Origin: Octopus vulgaris
Lineage: Eukaryota
DNA length: 64,000 bases
NCBI GenBank assembly: GCA_951406725.2
Contig: OX597822.1
Location: forward strand, 67,084,001 to 67,148,000
Reading direction: 5' to 3'
Made by a program: the position numbers and the translations under genes. Below are positions 1 through 14,118 of the stretch, in pieces; within the stretch, counting starts at the first letter, position 1, and each line of letters starts with the position of its first letter. The notes beneath the pieces are model-generated. The model had not been told where the DNA came from and made no database searches. It was given only the letters and a program-made list of their open reading frames with translations.

Positions 1-31
1 AAAATAAAGTATATATATATATATATATATA

Positions 32-578
<547 letters not shown>

Positions 579-1272
579 GTATACGTACTTATATATAAGC
601 GTACATACAAACATGAGAAGATAAATGTGTATCTTTCATGATCAGCACAAAGAGTATTCTGTTCACCCTAAATTGTATTACTGTAGAACTACTAGTACAC
701 AAGCTACCATATTATACGTGCGTATGTAGCAAGCTGTACCTTAAAGTGTGTGTCGCATCACTTAGTACGTTGGGGCCACGGGTTATTGTTTCAGTTGCTA
801 TTCATTTTAAAGCAATCCCTACAAATCAATTTTCATCTCATTTTACTTAGAATGCCCCGATGCAAATTATAACTGTTAATTAATTGTACTCCCCCACCCC
901 ACTCCACCTAATGTAATCGGTTTACTGTTCGTCTACCAAGAAAACAATATGATTAACGGAACATACACTAAGAATCCTATAAAAAAAGCACACGAACGCA
1001 AGTACACAAATTCTCAATCTTCTTTTCTTTTTTGTTGTATGTGTATAATTCTCGTAGTCAATCAATATATCACTGAATTTTCCTATCTCACAAGATATCT
1101 AGCTATCGATACATCTATGTAAGAATGTATATATGATGAATGTACGTACGCATGTATGTGTTTGTGTATGTATGTTTGTACGTATGTTGGGATATATATA
1201 TACATATATATATACGTATACATGTATACATCAACATTTATGTATAGATATAGATACAAATATAGCATATAC

Positions 1273-1366
<94 letters not shown>

Positions 1367-1502
1367 CTATATATGTTACATACATACATAGAAAGATAGA
1401 TAGTTAGACACAGACACACAAATGAATAGATATTAAACTTTATTAAGATATTAATCATTTCTGACAATATTTGCATACAAACGTGCAATCATTCGTGTAT
1501 AT

Positions 1503-1541
<39 letters not shown>

Positions 1542-1654
1542 AAAGCTTTTTTCATTCTGTATATATGTATATATATGAGCTTGTTTTTCATTCTGTATAT
1601 ATATATATATATGTGTGTGTATGTGTGCGTGTGTATGTGTGTGTATATGTGTAT

Positions 1655-1696
<42 letters not shown>

Positions 1697-2263
1697 AGTG
1701 AAGAACAAACACACACTCACAAACACATATACATACATGTATATGTATCTCATATGAATATTTACTCGTACGATAATAAAGAAAGAGCACTGGAAATAAT
1801 TCCATTAAGCAATGTTATTATTCATAACATAATTATTTCATGTTTATGTAATTTAATTGTAATATAAATTCTTCCTGGAAATAAAAGGATTTTGTTCTTC
1901 CCCTTTATTAGTAGATTTTCTTTTAATCACCTTAAACGAATTATCTTCTGAAATCAATTATTGAACTGACTGAGATCTCTCTTTTATCTTTTGCCTTCCT
2001 TTTATCCAAACTGTTTCTCTTATCACCTCATAGTGTTTATTCAAGAAAAAAAATGGGAAGCAGTGTATTCATTACTGATGTTTCAGTTCACCGCATTTGC
2101 CATCCGTAGATTATAAATTCTAATATTAAATCAAAGACACACAAACAGACAGTATGGAAGCACGTAAATATATATAAACACACACACACATGCATGCATG
2201 CATACATAAATACATACGTACATACGTACATACATATACGTATTAACATATATATATACATGT

Positions 2264-2298
<35 letters not shown>

Positions 2299-2403
2299 TA
2301 TATATATATATGTATATTTATATATATAGTTGTATATATATTAACGTATGAGGAATATATTCGTTAACTTTGGGAAAATGCTATTAAAGGATGAAAACAT
2401 ATA

Positions 2404-2534
<131 letters not shown>

Positions 2535-2995
2535 GAACGAAAATGCTACTTTTATAAAATTAGGTATATTTAAATTTCTTTATATAAATGCATTAAAAAA
2601 TGTTTTTGTTTTACGTATTTTGTTTGTTTACAACCCTTATCAAAAATATGCACTTAAATGAAATATGTAGAGAAAAATTATTAATAAAATTATTTATAAA
2701 ATATACGTGTATATTCTTTTTCCCAGCAAGAGCACGTGGTAGTTTCCACTAATTTTCGCGGAATTCCTGGTAACAACTTCAGCTGCTGTCTCTGATGATA
2801 AATTAAGTATTGGTCAAAAATGTTTTCAAAAGAAGTGCCTGCAGCAGTCAATTAAGCAGCAGTAGCAATAATACTTGTCGTAAAGTTATCTCCCCTGAGG
2901 TCATTACAGAAATAGATTTATTCAGTCCCTCTTCTTTATATCTTATGTATAATATACATATACTTTCAGTGTTCCGAGCTTAAAGAATTTAGATA

Positions 2996-3142
2996 GGCTA
3001 TGTGGTAAGAGGTTTGCTTCCCTACCAAATGGTTCCGTGTTCAGTACCACTGCGTGACACCTTGCGCAATTGTCTTCTACTTCGCGCCAACCAAATCCTT
3101 GTGGGTGGATTTGGTAGACGGAAACTGAAAGAGGTTCGTCGT

Positions 3143-3192
<50 letters not shown>

Positions 3193-3397
3193 GTGTGCGT
3201 GTGTGTTTCCCCCACACCATTACTTGACAACTGATGTTGGAGTGTTTACATCCCGTAACCCTGCGGTTTGCCAAAACTGTCCTATAGAATAAGTGCTAGG
3301 GTTACAAAGAATGGGTCCTGCGGTTGATTTCTTCGACAAACACTCTTTAAGGTGGTGCTCCAGCATAGCCGCAGTCAAATGAATGAAACAAATAAAG
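2996..3397 (+). mobile_element. tRNA-derived SINE family B with internal (TA)n/(TG)n
   Basis: Head ggctatgtggtaag...gttcagtaccactgcgtgacaccttg; internal microsatellite; tail ggtgctccagcatagccgcagtcaaatga..gaaacaa; homologous to ~9 other copies here. Confidence 0.85.
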
Positions 3398-3429
3398 GAA
3401 TATATATGTAATATTCATAGTGGCTTATA

Positions 3430-3513
<84 letters not shown>

Positions 3514-4001
3514 ATCAATAATAAATCTCTGAACGAGGTATAAATAGTAGCTGCACGACAATGTGAAGTATATTTGCCACGTAAATGTGGGTAACTACAA
3601 AGGGTCGATGCTACTGCCGCTTGTAGCCCAGGAAAACATCTTCTCCAGCTGGCTATTGACACACTTTGTACGCCCTATCAGTATTTGCAAAGGAAAGCCA
3701 TTCTTCCCATCGTCAACCTGATGTCATACGCACGGATCCGGGTTTCTGGTTAATAACCCGTCGTCAGCGCACGACAATCACCGGTATTATATATATATAT
3801 ATATATATATGTCCCCTTCTTCCTCGCTCTTCTGTCCAACTACCTTTTCCCAACCAGTCACCATTTTTATTCTCTCTCTTTTTTATTTCCTCATATTTCT
3901 TTCTGTTGAAGAGCGTAGTCTCGAAGCGTAATAGGCTTTCTCACCTTCCCGAGCGGTAAACTAACACATGGCTCTTCGTCTTATATTTTCGTGTAAATTT
4001 C

Positions 4002-4046
<45 letters not shown>

Positions 4047-4138
4047 CATAGGTAGATAGATAGATACATACATACATATATACATATGCATATATAGATA
4101 TATAGATAAATATTTACACACACACACATATATATATA

Positions 4139-4240
<102 letters not shown>

Positions 4241-4707
4241 CATACATACATAGATACACAAATATATTTGGTGGAGTACAGCCATAACCTGTTTAAGACG
4301 ACCAAGTTGTCACCACTACAGATTTCCAAATGTGTTACTTGTTCTATCCTCTTTTAACTACACGTGTCTGCACCTAACATGTATCGCATCAGACGCCTAA
4401 AGGCATGCATATTTCCAGAGTTACGGTCCGATATATTAACAACATGTCGACATATACTTCTGCAATTTTATCGTAATAATATCAATATTAAATATATTAA
4501 GGAAAGGAATGCGAGATGACTATCATTTAGAACTGATTGCGAAACAAGCATTGATTCAAAATCGTATGAAAGCGTACCAAACAAACACAGTTATTTGAAG
4601 AAAATCATCGATCCAGAGTTATTATCAGAAACCAACGACAAAGTACAACTGCCACAGTATATAGACACAATAGGTATATTATAATCAATGTTAAGTAATT
4701 TCTTGTG

Positions 4708-4744
<37 letters not shown>

Positions 4745-4750
4745 TATATA

Positions 4751-5396
4751 ATTAGTTGAATGAATTATCTTAGTATGGATAATTCGGTTAACCGATACCT
4801 GGGTAGCAAATTCACGTCAGAAAAACACAGTTGAAGCTACATGCCAAGGGCAGAGATCACATGCTTTCGTGTGGAAATTTGTGTGTTTTTTTAATACAAA
4901 TAAATGAAAGAATGGAGTTGAACGACGATTTAACAAAATTCCTTTATTCTCGACATATGTTTCGAAGGCTGCATATTCCTAATTCTTATATATATACACA
5001 CACATAGGCACTCAATCACAAAAGCAAACAACACATCACCATTCATATGATTTGCACCCTATCACCTTCCTATTCTTAGATCTCTCCCCTCCAACCTTGT
5101 TTGAACCCTTGAACTTTCTAGAATCTTCTACATTCAACCATTTTTGACGTCACTGCTTATAACGGAATATTTTAAAGAAACACTCATTATCGCTATGGGC
5201 TCCGTGTGGGCAGTCATCTAAGAGTTTTTGTTCATCTTGATGCTGAATTAAGTTCCTTGTTTTTCCTGATGAGAAGGCGGCATAATGCACCCCTTATTCC
5301 TTCGAAATTAGGAATATGCAGCCTTCGAAACATATGTCGAGAATAAAGAAATTTTGTTAAATCGTCGTTCAACTCCATTCTCTCATTTATTTGTAT
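4751..5396. mobile_element. Penelope-like-type insertion with inverted arm and hammerhead, between (TA)n tracts
   Basis: ~4894-4984 is the reverse complement of ~5306-5395; hammerhead at 5261-5343; head motif ttaaccgatacctgggtagcaaa shared with the element at 53447-53788. Confidence 0.7.
5261..5343 (+). ncRNA. Minimal type I hammerhead ribozyme, intact core, long stem II
   Basis: ttttc-CTGATGA-gaaggcggcata...tatgcagccttc-GAAA-catatg-TC-gagaa; stem III is the palindrome catatg. Confidence 0.75.
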
Positions 5397-5525
5397 ATAT
5401 ATATATATATATATATACATATTCAGAGAGAGAGAGAGAGAGTGACAGAGACAGAGACAGAGACAGAGACAATGTGTACTAGATAGGCACATGCATCTTT
5501 AATGCATCAATATATCCACCAATGT

Positions 5526-6513
5526 AAGGCACGGAGCTGGCAGACTCGTTAGCACGCCGGGCGAAATGCTTAGCCGCATTTCGTCTACTGCTACGTTCTG
5601 AGTTCAAATTCCGCCGAGGTCGATTTTGCCTTTCATTCTTTCGTGGTCGATTAAATAAGTACCAGTTACGCACTGGGGTCGATGTAATCGACTTAATCCG
5701 TTTGTCTGTCCTTGTTTGTCCCTTCTGTGTTTAGCCCCTTGTGGGTAGTAAAGAAATGGGTATTTCGTCTGCCTGCGAGGTCGACTTTGCCTTTCATCAT
5801 TTCGGAGTCGATTAAATAAGTACCAGTTACGCATTGGAGTCGATGTAATTTACTTAATCCCTTTGTCTGTCCTTGTTCGTCCCCTCAATCTTTAGCCCCT
5901 TGTGGGCAATAATCAAATAAGAAATGTTAGCACGCCGGGTGAAATACTTAGGGGTATTTCGTCTGCTGCTATGTTTTGAGTTCAAATTCCGCCGTGGTTG
6001 ACATTGCCTTTCATCTTTTCAGGGTCGATTAAATAAGTACCAGTTACGCACTGGAGTCGATGAAATAACCTTAATCCGTTCGTCTGTCTTTGTTTGTCCT
6101 CTCTGTGTTTAGCCCCTTGTGGGTAGTAAAGAAATAGGTATTTCGCCTGTCTTTACCTGCTGAGTTCAAATTCCACTGAGGTCGACTTTGCCTTTCATCC
6201 TTTCGGGGTCGATAAATTACGTACCAGTTGCGCTCTGGGGTCGAGGTAATCGACTTAATACCTTTGTCTATTCTTGTTTTTCCCCTCTATGTTTAGCCCC
6301 CTGTGGGCAATAATGAAATAAGAAACGTTAGCACGCCAGGCAAAATGCTTAGCGGTATTTTGTATGTCTTTACGTTCTTAGTTCAATCTCCGCTGAGGTC
6401 AACTTTGCCTTTCATCCATTCTGGGTCGATAAATTAAGTATCAGCTGAGTATTGTGGTTGATTTAATCGACTAGCACCCTCTCCATAAATGTGTTCTTAG
6501 AGTAGAAAAGAAT
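5526..6513 (+). mobile_element. SINE family A, tandem array of ~5 units
   Basis: A-box-like gctggcagactcg, B-box gagttcaaattc; central gtcgactttgcctttcatcctttcggggtcgat..aagtaccag repeated 5 times; ends tagagtagaaaaga. Confidence 0.9.
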
Positions 6514-6583
6514 ATATCCACCTATGTATTCTCACATAAAAGATCATATACATACCTGTGCGTGTGGGTGCGTATGTGTGTGT

Positions 6584-6635
<52 letters not shown>

Positions 6636-7564
6636 ATGTACATAAATATATATACGCACACGCACACACACATACACATAATTGTGTAAATATATGTATA
6701 TATATGTGTGTGTGTGTGTGTGTGCGTGTATGTATAAATATATATATATATGTGTATGTATGTGTATATATATATATACACACACACACAATTGACAAGG
6801 AATAAAGAACAAATGATTAATGGATGTTTGGAGATTCGTAGATTAATAAGGTGAATAAAATATAAAACATCATCCATCAATGCTTTTTCACAATACTTGT
6901 AAGAATATATAGTACATTCCTAGGTTCCTGAAGAACAGGAATAATAGCGCACTCCCACCCATACAAAAATGTATATCAAATATAATAACAGCAGCAACAA
7001 TAGGAACGAAACTGATAGAACAATGTTATAAATAAATATAAATAGCAATAACAAAAATGTTACAGGATCTTGTATAGGTAAATGACGAGGAGATTACATG
7101 TAAAGACTGCAGAAGTGAGGAACCCACTCGCACGTCTCTTAATATTTCGTCCTCTAGACTATTTACTCGCCGTTCGCAGCCTAATGGGGCGAATAATGGC
7201 CGCGGATGGCCTCAGTGGTACACCCTATCATGGAATTGCGTTTCCCTGTGTAATTCTTTTTTCCTTAGGAATGTCACTTTATTATTCGCTGACTTCACAT
7301 GTGAACGTGTGACTCATCACTTGGAATTTGCTGCCGCAACTCCCAAGCCTCGGCACCGTACGAAATTAAACTCGCTTCGCTTGTTGATTTATAATATATA
7401 CATATATACATATATATACGTATATATATATATACATACATACAACCATATACATGTATATATATGCATATATATATATAATTGTATATATATGTATGTA
7501 TGTATGCATGTATATAACTATACATATATATTTATATTATATATTTATTATTACTAGTATATTA

Positions 7565-7773
7565 AAGGCGGAGTGCTGGCAGAAACGTTAGCACGCCGGG
7601 CAAAATGCTTAGCAGTATTTCGTGTGTCTTTACGTTCTGAGTTCTATATTCCGCCGAGTTTGACTTTGCTATTCGGGGTCGATAAATTAAGATACCAGTT
7701 GCGTTTGTGTTCGTTCTAATCGACTGGCCCCTTCTCCAAAAAATTCGGATTTTGTCTATAGAGTAGAAAAGAT
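7565..7773 (+). mobile_element. SINE family A monomer
   Basis: Homologous to the 5526 unit; ends gagtagaaaaga. Confidence 0.85.
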
Positions 7774-8664
7774 TATTATTATTTTAACGTTATCATTGTA
7801 GTAGTGGTAGCAGTAGTAGTTTCTTCACTACTACCACCACTATTATTTTTCATCATTTTGAGTATCCGTGTTATTGTTGTGATCGTTATTATTATTATTT
7901 ATAATTTGGGAAATGCATCGAACATTCTGATCTGGGAACGAAAATTTGATACGTTTAGCAAACGTGCATAAACTAAGTTAAAATAATGTTCAAACTTAAC
8001 GAATCTTAGTCTTATCATTTGTGGAATACACGTATATAAATCATAGTGTATTTGCATAGGTACTAATAGTGACTGACTTCTAGGTGTTGCGACTTGTAAG
8101 TCCTGCATAAAGAACTTCACATCGTGTTCTTATATTTTCTACGAATGGATTACATTTCTTATTACTTTTAACTGCTTAACCGCAGTAACGATACTGCTTT
8201 TTAAAATTCAACAGTCAAGTCGATGTTCAGCTTGTTCGTATTCAAACCAAGTCCTTTCTATTCGATCATCTTTATATTATTGCTAATTTTTACAACAAAA
8301 TATTCTCAGGCTTTTCATGCTGTTAGCGATAAACAGCCTAATATTTCACATATTTCTGCTATGATCCTCAAATATTTCATATACAGTGTAGTTTCCTATT
8401 AATAATGTAACAAAACGTTTGATAATGAGGCCTTGCTCAGTTATTGACCATCATCTGTATTTATCTGATGGGATAAATGTGTGGGATAAATAATATTACA
8501 GCGTTTTGTCGCTGCCGGTGCAGAGATGAGAAAATTCCGGTATGTAATCGTGTCGTTATATAAGCTACCAAACATGTTGTTGCAGTAGTGAGTAACTACA
8601 TCAATGAGTTCTTTATTGAACAACAGATCACCGAATCTCCTGATATAATTTAGTTTATTTAAGT

Positions 8665-8822
8665 CAGTAAGCTAGCGCAATCATTAACACGCCAGACAAA
8701 GTACTTAGCCGTATTTTTTTTAGTTCCTGGTTCAAATTCCGCTCAAGTCTACTTTGCCTGTCTTGTTTCGTGCTTGACTAAATAAGTACCAGTTAAGCAC
8801 ATGCCTCCCCTAAATTTGCAGA
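8665..8822 (+). mobile_element. Degenerate SINE family A, interrupted by a family B copy
   Basis: acacgccagacaaagtacttagc...gttcaaattccgc...aagtaccag; its gtagaaaag end resumes at ~9301. Confidence 0.6.
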
Positions 8823-8827
8823 ACATA

Positions 8828-9298
<471 letters not shown>

Positions 9299-9499
9299 TA
9301 GTAGAAAAGCAGTTCATGGAAAATTATAGGAGGATAGAAACTTATAATGATTTCCGAATGTTTACAATTTGCTTTATATATAGCAGGCAAAAATTATTAA
9401 AGGTTCAATTTTTATCTCCCTTATCTCCATTGGCCTATTCTGATAACACCAATCCGGTGTATCCGGCGTATCTATACAAGTCTACCTCTATGAAAATTA

Positions 9500-10150
9500 T
9501 TTTTAAGAGCCTCTTAGTCAAACAAGTCAAGAAGAACGAATAATTATGCGCTTTAGAACGGTCCACAATGAAGCTGAATGAACAGAGTATGATCTGGTAT
9601 TTTTTAAGCTAGTTTGGTCTTCGTAGCATATATAACATCTACATCACTTTCCTCTGTTGCATTTTCCATTTTTAGCACATTCCATAGAGATAGCAGGTTA
9701 TGATTTCTAGTATAAATTTCGAAATATCGAATTGGCTAAATTCATGGTCACTTCCATGGTGAATAATTTTGACCCAGCTCATCACTGAGTAATATTATTC
9801 TTTTCCTAAAAATTAATGCTTCCATAATATAATCATTTATATTGCTTAATTCGCTTTTTTGGACTCTTTCTCTTTTGGTGCTTTTTTTTCTGGTTAATAT
9901 AACCGCAGCTTGGTTTTTGCAGGTCGAGTAATCTGCGTTTAGAACTGCTGGTGAAAGTCTCCTAATGGTACTTAATTCTGATATTCATTTCATGTTTTGC
10001 TAAAAGTTTCAGAATGATATTATCCTGTTTCATTATTTATGTATTGTTGAATGTGCGAGTTAATCATTTTTATGGGTTAGGCCGATGGACTTTTTATTAC
10101 TTGGTTATTTGTGTCACTTTCTACAATATAAATATTTTTGTTTTGTTTTA
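9500..10150 (-). pseudogene. Possible highly decayed LINE reverse-transcriptase remnant
   Basis: Minus-strand patches read STIRRL.., KNQAA, FDISKF..NHNLL in the order of RT motifs; many stops and frameshifts. Confidence 0.3.
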
Positions 10151-11025
10151 TGGGAAAAAACAAATGTATATATTTTATGTTCATAATATTCGTAATATCA
10201 TAGTAAAGATTGCTTTTGAATGTGCTAGTGCAATTACGAAATATGATGTTCGAATATCAGATGGAAAATTTCGAAACTAATGTTTCCAATACCTTAATGT
10301 TTTGACGAGTTGTTTTCTGCTTTAATGTTTAAGCGATAGAAATTTGAGCTGTTGAGTTCTGATTCATGATAAAGAAAACCTTCAATCGCATGCACTTGAC
10401 AATATCTTTTCCGTGTCCAACAGATATGCCATACAGTATTTATATTGCTATGGAACAACCTAACTTTTATAGATCGTATTTTAGGGGTGGTTTTCGTTGG
10501 CGAAGAGGCATTTACTATTTACTGTGCTGGAATAATTCATACATTAAAGGAATTGGTGATAGAAATGTCAATAGTAGAATTGTCAGAGCACCGGGAAGAA
10601 TTCCTGCATTTTACTTTCAGCAATCAAATCCACCTTTGAAATTGGTATTCCAATTTTGCGTTTCATCTTTTTGAGATCGATACGACAAAGAACCAGACTC
10701 AGTGCTATTTAAGGTCGATTTAATCGACTATACATCGAAAGGTGGATTCTATAAATTTATCTGACGTTCTCTTCAACTTAGTTTGGGCGACCACTGTTAT
10801 GGCACTCGTGCCATAGTTTATCATGCCTTGCCTTTTCCAAGGAAATCATCAATTGCACTGGACAGGTGAGAATGCCAGGCAATGTTATATTGTGTAATCC
10901 TAACCGAAGCTTGCAGCTTGGTATAAAGACTCCAGTATATATTTCCCCGCTCACAACCGACATAGACAGAACCAAGACATACCACATGCAAATACACAGA
11001 ATTACAAAGTGTACAGTTACTAAAA

Positions 11026-11230
11026 GTGTACGGCCAATGCAACGGTATTTATTGCTTACTTCTATCAGTTCTCGTCTGATCAGCAGAGTTTAGCAACAAT
11101 GAGCCTAATTAATACTTAGATGGGTGACCGTTTGCGAAACCTAGGTGCTATAAACATCTCAGTTTGTCAAGGCAGTGCCCCAGCAAGGTTGCAGTCTAAT
11201 GACTGAAACAAGTAAACGAATAAAAGAAGA
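11026..11230 (+). mobile_element. 5S rRNA-derived SINE (SINE3-type) with family B 3' tail
   Basis: gtgtacggcca...gttctcgtctgatca..gagtttagcaac..gagcctaattaatacttagatgggtgaccg..gaaacctaggtgctataaacat resembles metazoan 5S rRNA; followed by aaggcagtgccccagca..gcagtctaatgactgaaacaagtaaa. Confidence 0.8.
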
Positions 11231-11511
11231 GACATTTTTTGTCCTATGTATATCTTTCGGCGCGGCAGAGATAATAGCAATGCGCTTTATAGATATTCAG
11301 AAATAGATATTTCTAAAGGGTAAATCTTCACTGGTTATACTTATTAACTTCGAGTTTCAAGCTAATAATTATTTATGAAGGAATAAGTTCAGTCTCATGA
11401 GTTAAGACTTTTAAAATAAAATAATAACCTGTCTTTCATTCATACACACACACATAGACATGTATATATCCATTCACACAGATATATATACATACATGTG
11501 TATGTAAAGAC

Positions 11512-11572
<61 letters not shown>

Positions 11573-11579
11573 TGTGTAC

Positions 11580-11880
11580 GAAGGCTATTGATTTAGTGGT
11601 TACAGTTTCCGGCTCCCGATCATAGGGTCCCGAGTTCGATTTCCGCGCAAGATACTTTATTTCACGTTGCTCCAGTCCACGCACCTGGCAAAAATCAGTA
11701 GTACCTGTATTTTAAGGGGCCAGCCTTGTCACATTCTGTGTTACGCTGAATCTCCCTGAAAATTATGTTAAGGGTACACATGTCAGTGGAGTGCTCAACC
11801 ACTTGCACGTTAAACTCAAGAGCAAACTGTTCCGTAGATCGGATCGGCTGGAACCCTCGTTGTCGTAAGGGACGGAGAGG
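11580..11880 (+). mobile_element. tRNA SINE, D-like head with tail E
   Basis: tagtggtta..gagttcgatt, gcaagatactttatttcacgttgctccag; tail ...ggaaccctcgttgtcgtaagggacggag also at 47291 and 54102. Confidence 0.7.
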
Positions 11881-12168
11881 CGGTTATTTCTGAAGGTGCC
11901 TGGCTTAGTGTTTAAGGTGTTGCAATCACGATTGCAAGATCGTGTGTTTGATTCCCAGACCATGAATTTAATGTCGATCTGATGGATATTTGCAAAGTGT
12001 TGAACAGCATATGGGCACCGGTATTAAGCAAGGATAGGAGAATACTAGATTTATAAGCCCTAAAATTCACTACATAATTGCCCACGGGCATATGAAGTAG
12101 TTTTTAAGAGCGCGGGCTACTAACCCCCCAGATTCCGAGTTCAATTGTAGGCAGTGATCTGAATAATG

Positions 12169-12248
<80 letters not shown>

Positions 12249-12294
12249 AAGAAGAAGAAGAAGAAGAAGAAGAAGAAGAAGAAGAAGAAGAAGA

Positions 12295-12972
12295 AATATT
12301 ACAAGTAACTGCAGAATATGTGGAGATGGACATGAAACAATAAATCATATTATCTCTAGCTGCCCAGTCTTGGCTAAGAAGGAATATATTCACAGACATG
12401 ACAGAGTTGGAACCTACATACATTGGAAGCTATGCCAACATTATGGAATAACAACAGAAAAAAGATGGTATAGGCACACACCAGAAAAGGTCACAGAAAA
12501 CGAGAAAGCAACCATACTCTGGGATATGCCGATACACACAGATAGAGAAATTAAGGCCAACAGACCAGATATAGTTGTCAGAGATCATGAAGAAAAAAAT
12601 GCTTTCTAATTGATGTATCAATACCGGCTGATGACAACGTGTCTCTAAAAGAAATGGAGAAACTCTCAAAATACAAAGACCTGGAAATAGAGGTAACTAT
12701 AATGTGGAATCTGAAAACAGAAACAATTCCTATCATAGTAGGTGCATTAGGCATGATAAAAAAATATTCAGACAAATACATAACAAAAACACCAGGACTT
12801 ACAAACACATATAACATACAGAAAATTGCACTACTAGGCACTGCACACATCCTACGCAGAACACTTTCCATACAATAACCATCAGAGCATCACAACAAAT
12901 CACAGCACATACCCAAGGCACACAGAGCTGTGCTCGGTAGTGAAGTGAAAGCACGCTATAAAAATAAAACTA

Positions 12973-12975
<3 letters not shown>
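12295..12975 (+). mobile_element. 5'-truncated R4/Dong-clade non-LTR retrotransposon (CCHC zinc knuckle, restriction-like endonuclease, 3' UTR)
   Basis: CRICGDGHETINHIISSC, RHDRV, ILWD, NRPDIVV, then after a 1-nt slip in a poly-A run at ~12600 CFLIDVSIP..KEMEKLSKYKDL..IPIIVGALG..TAHILRRTL; (TAA)n(GAA)n upstream and (TAA)n downstream. Confidence 0.9.
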
Positions 12976-13004
<29 letters not shown>

Positions 13005-13005
13005 G

Positions 13006-13039
<34 letters not shown>

Positions 13040-13054
13040 TAACAATAATAATAA

Positions 13055-13144
<90 letters not shown>

Positions 13145-13211
13145 CAACAACAACAACACAACATCGAAAAAATACCTTAGGAATGAGAACCCAGGTTCGA
13201 AATTTCCCCAA

Positions 13212-13257
13212 GACACCTGATGAAGCCTGGAGAGTATATCAGCCGAAACGTTGTGTT
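13212..13257 (+). ncRNA. Minimal hammerhead ribozyme in the SINE H tail
   Basis: gacac-CTGATGA-agcctg(gagagtatat)cagcc-GAAA-cg-TT-gtgtt; palindromic aacgtt at stem III. Confidence 0.7.
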
Positions 13258-13348
13258 GTCAACAAACAAGATGAGGACAAATATCCGTCAATTGTAAATA
13301 ACTTAAATAATGTACATAATTACTCAGCTCTTAAATATAGAACTGTAT

Positions 13349-13770
13349 AGACGAAATACCTGTTTCTTTATTACCCACAAGGGGCTAAACATAGAGGGGA
13401 TAAACAAGGACAGACAAACGGATTAAGTCTATTACATCAACCCTAGTGCGTAACTGGTACTTAATTTATCGACTCTGAAAGGAAGAAAGGCAAAGTCGAC
13501 CTCGGCGGAATTTGAACGTAACGGCAGACAAAATACCTATTTCTTTACTACCCACAAGGGGCTAAACATAGAGGGGACAAACAAAGACAGACAAACGGAT
13601 TAATTCGATTACATCGATCCCAGTGCTTAACTGGTACTTATTTAATCGACCTCGAAAGGATGAAAGGCAAAGTCGATCTCGGCGGAATTTGAACTCAAAA
13701 CGTAACCGCAGACGAAATACCACGAAGCACTTCGCCTGGCGTGCTAACGTTTCTGCCAGCTCGCCGCCTT
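13349..13770 (-). mobile_element. SINE family A, tandem dimer plus partial unit
   Basis: Reverse complement of family A units; head ends ctcgccgcctt at 13770. Confidence 0.9.
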
Positions 13771-13796
13771 GCATATATTCATGTGTTGTTTTGCCT

Positions 13797-14118
13797 GCAC
13801 TTGTTTCAGTGATTGAATTTGGGCCGCGGTAAGGTGCTTCCTCGAAGGATTTAGACTTAAAAATAGATCCGAGTATTTATTTTCAAGTTTAATGCTTATA
13901 GTATTGTCGTGGTTTTATTTTGTCGAACTGTTAATCCAAGGGGACGTAATCAAGCCAACATCGTTTACAAACAGTGGGGGATTAATAGAGAAATAGATAT
14001 TCATACACACACATACAAATATATACATACATTCACAAACACATATGAATATATACGGGACGGGTTTCCACATAGATTTCTAGCGAATCTACTCGGAAGG
14101 TTTTGGTTGGCCCTGAAG
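13797..14118 (-). mobile_element. Old diverged SINE family B relative
   Basis: acttgtttcagtgattg tail; ggggacgtaatcaagccaacatcg; CA/TA tract; aaggttttggttggccc. Confidence 0.5.

Larger units (their letters stand above)
12076..13347 (+). mobile_element. tRNA-head/(TAA)n/hammerhead-tail SINE (family H), split by a LINE insertion
   Basis: Head 12076-12162 (gcgcgggctactaaccccc..gagttcaatt), TAA tract, tail ~13140-13347; colinear with the uninterrupted copy at 21412-21703. Confidence 0.8.

Noticed and set aside
11026-11157. Functional 5S rRNA gene
   Set aside because: Many substitutions, an insertion near the 5' end, no oligo-T terminator, continues into a SINE tail
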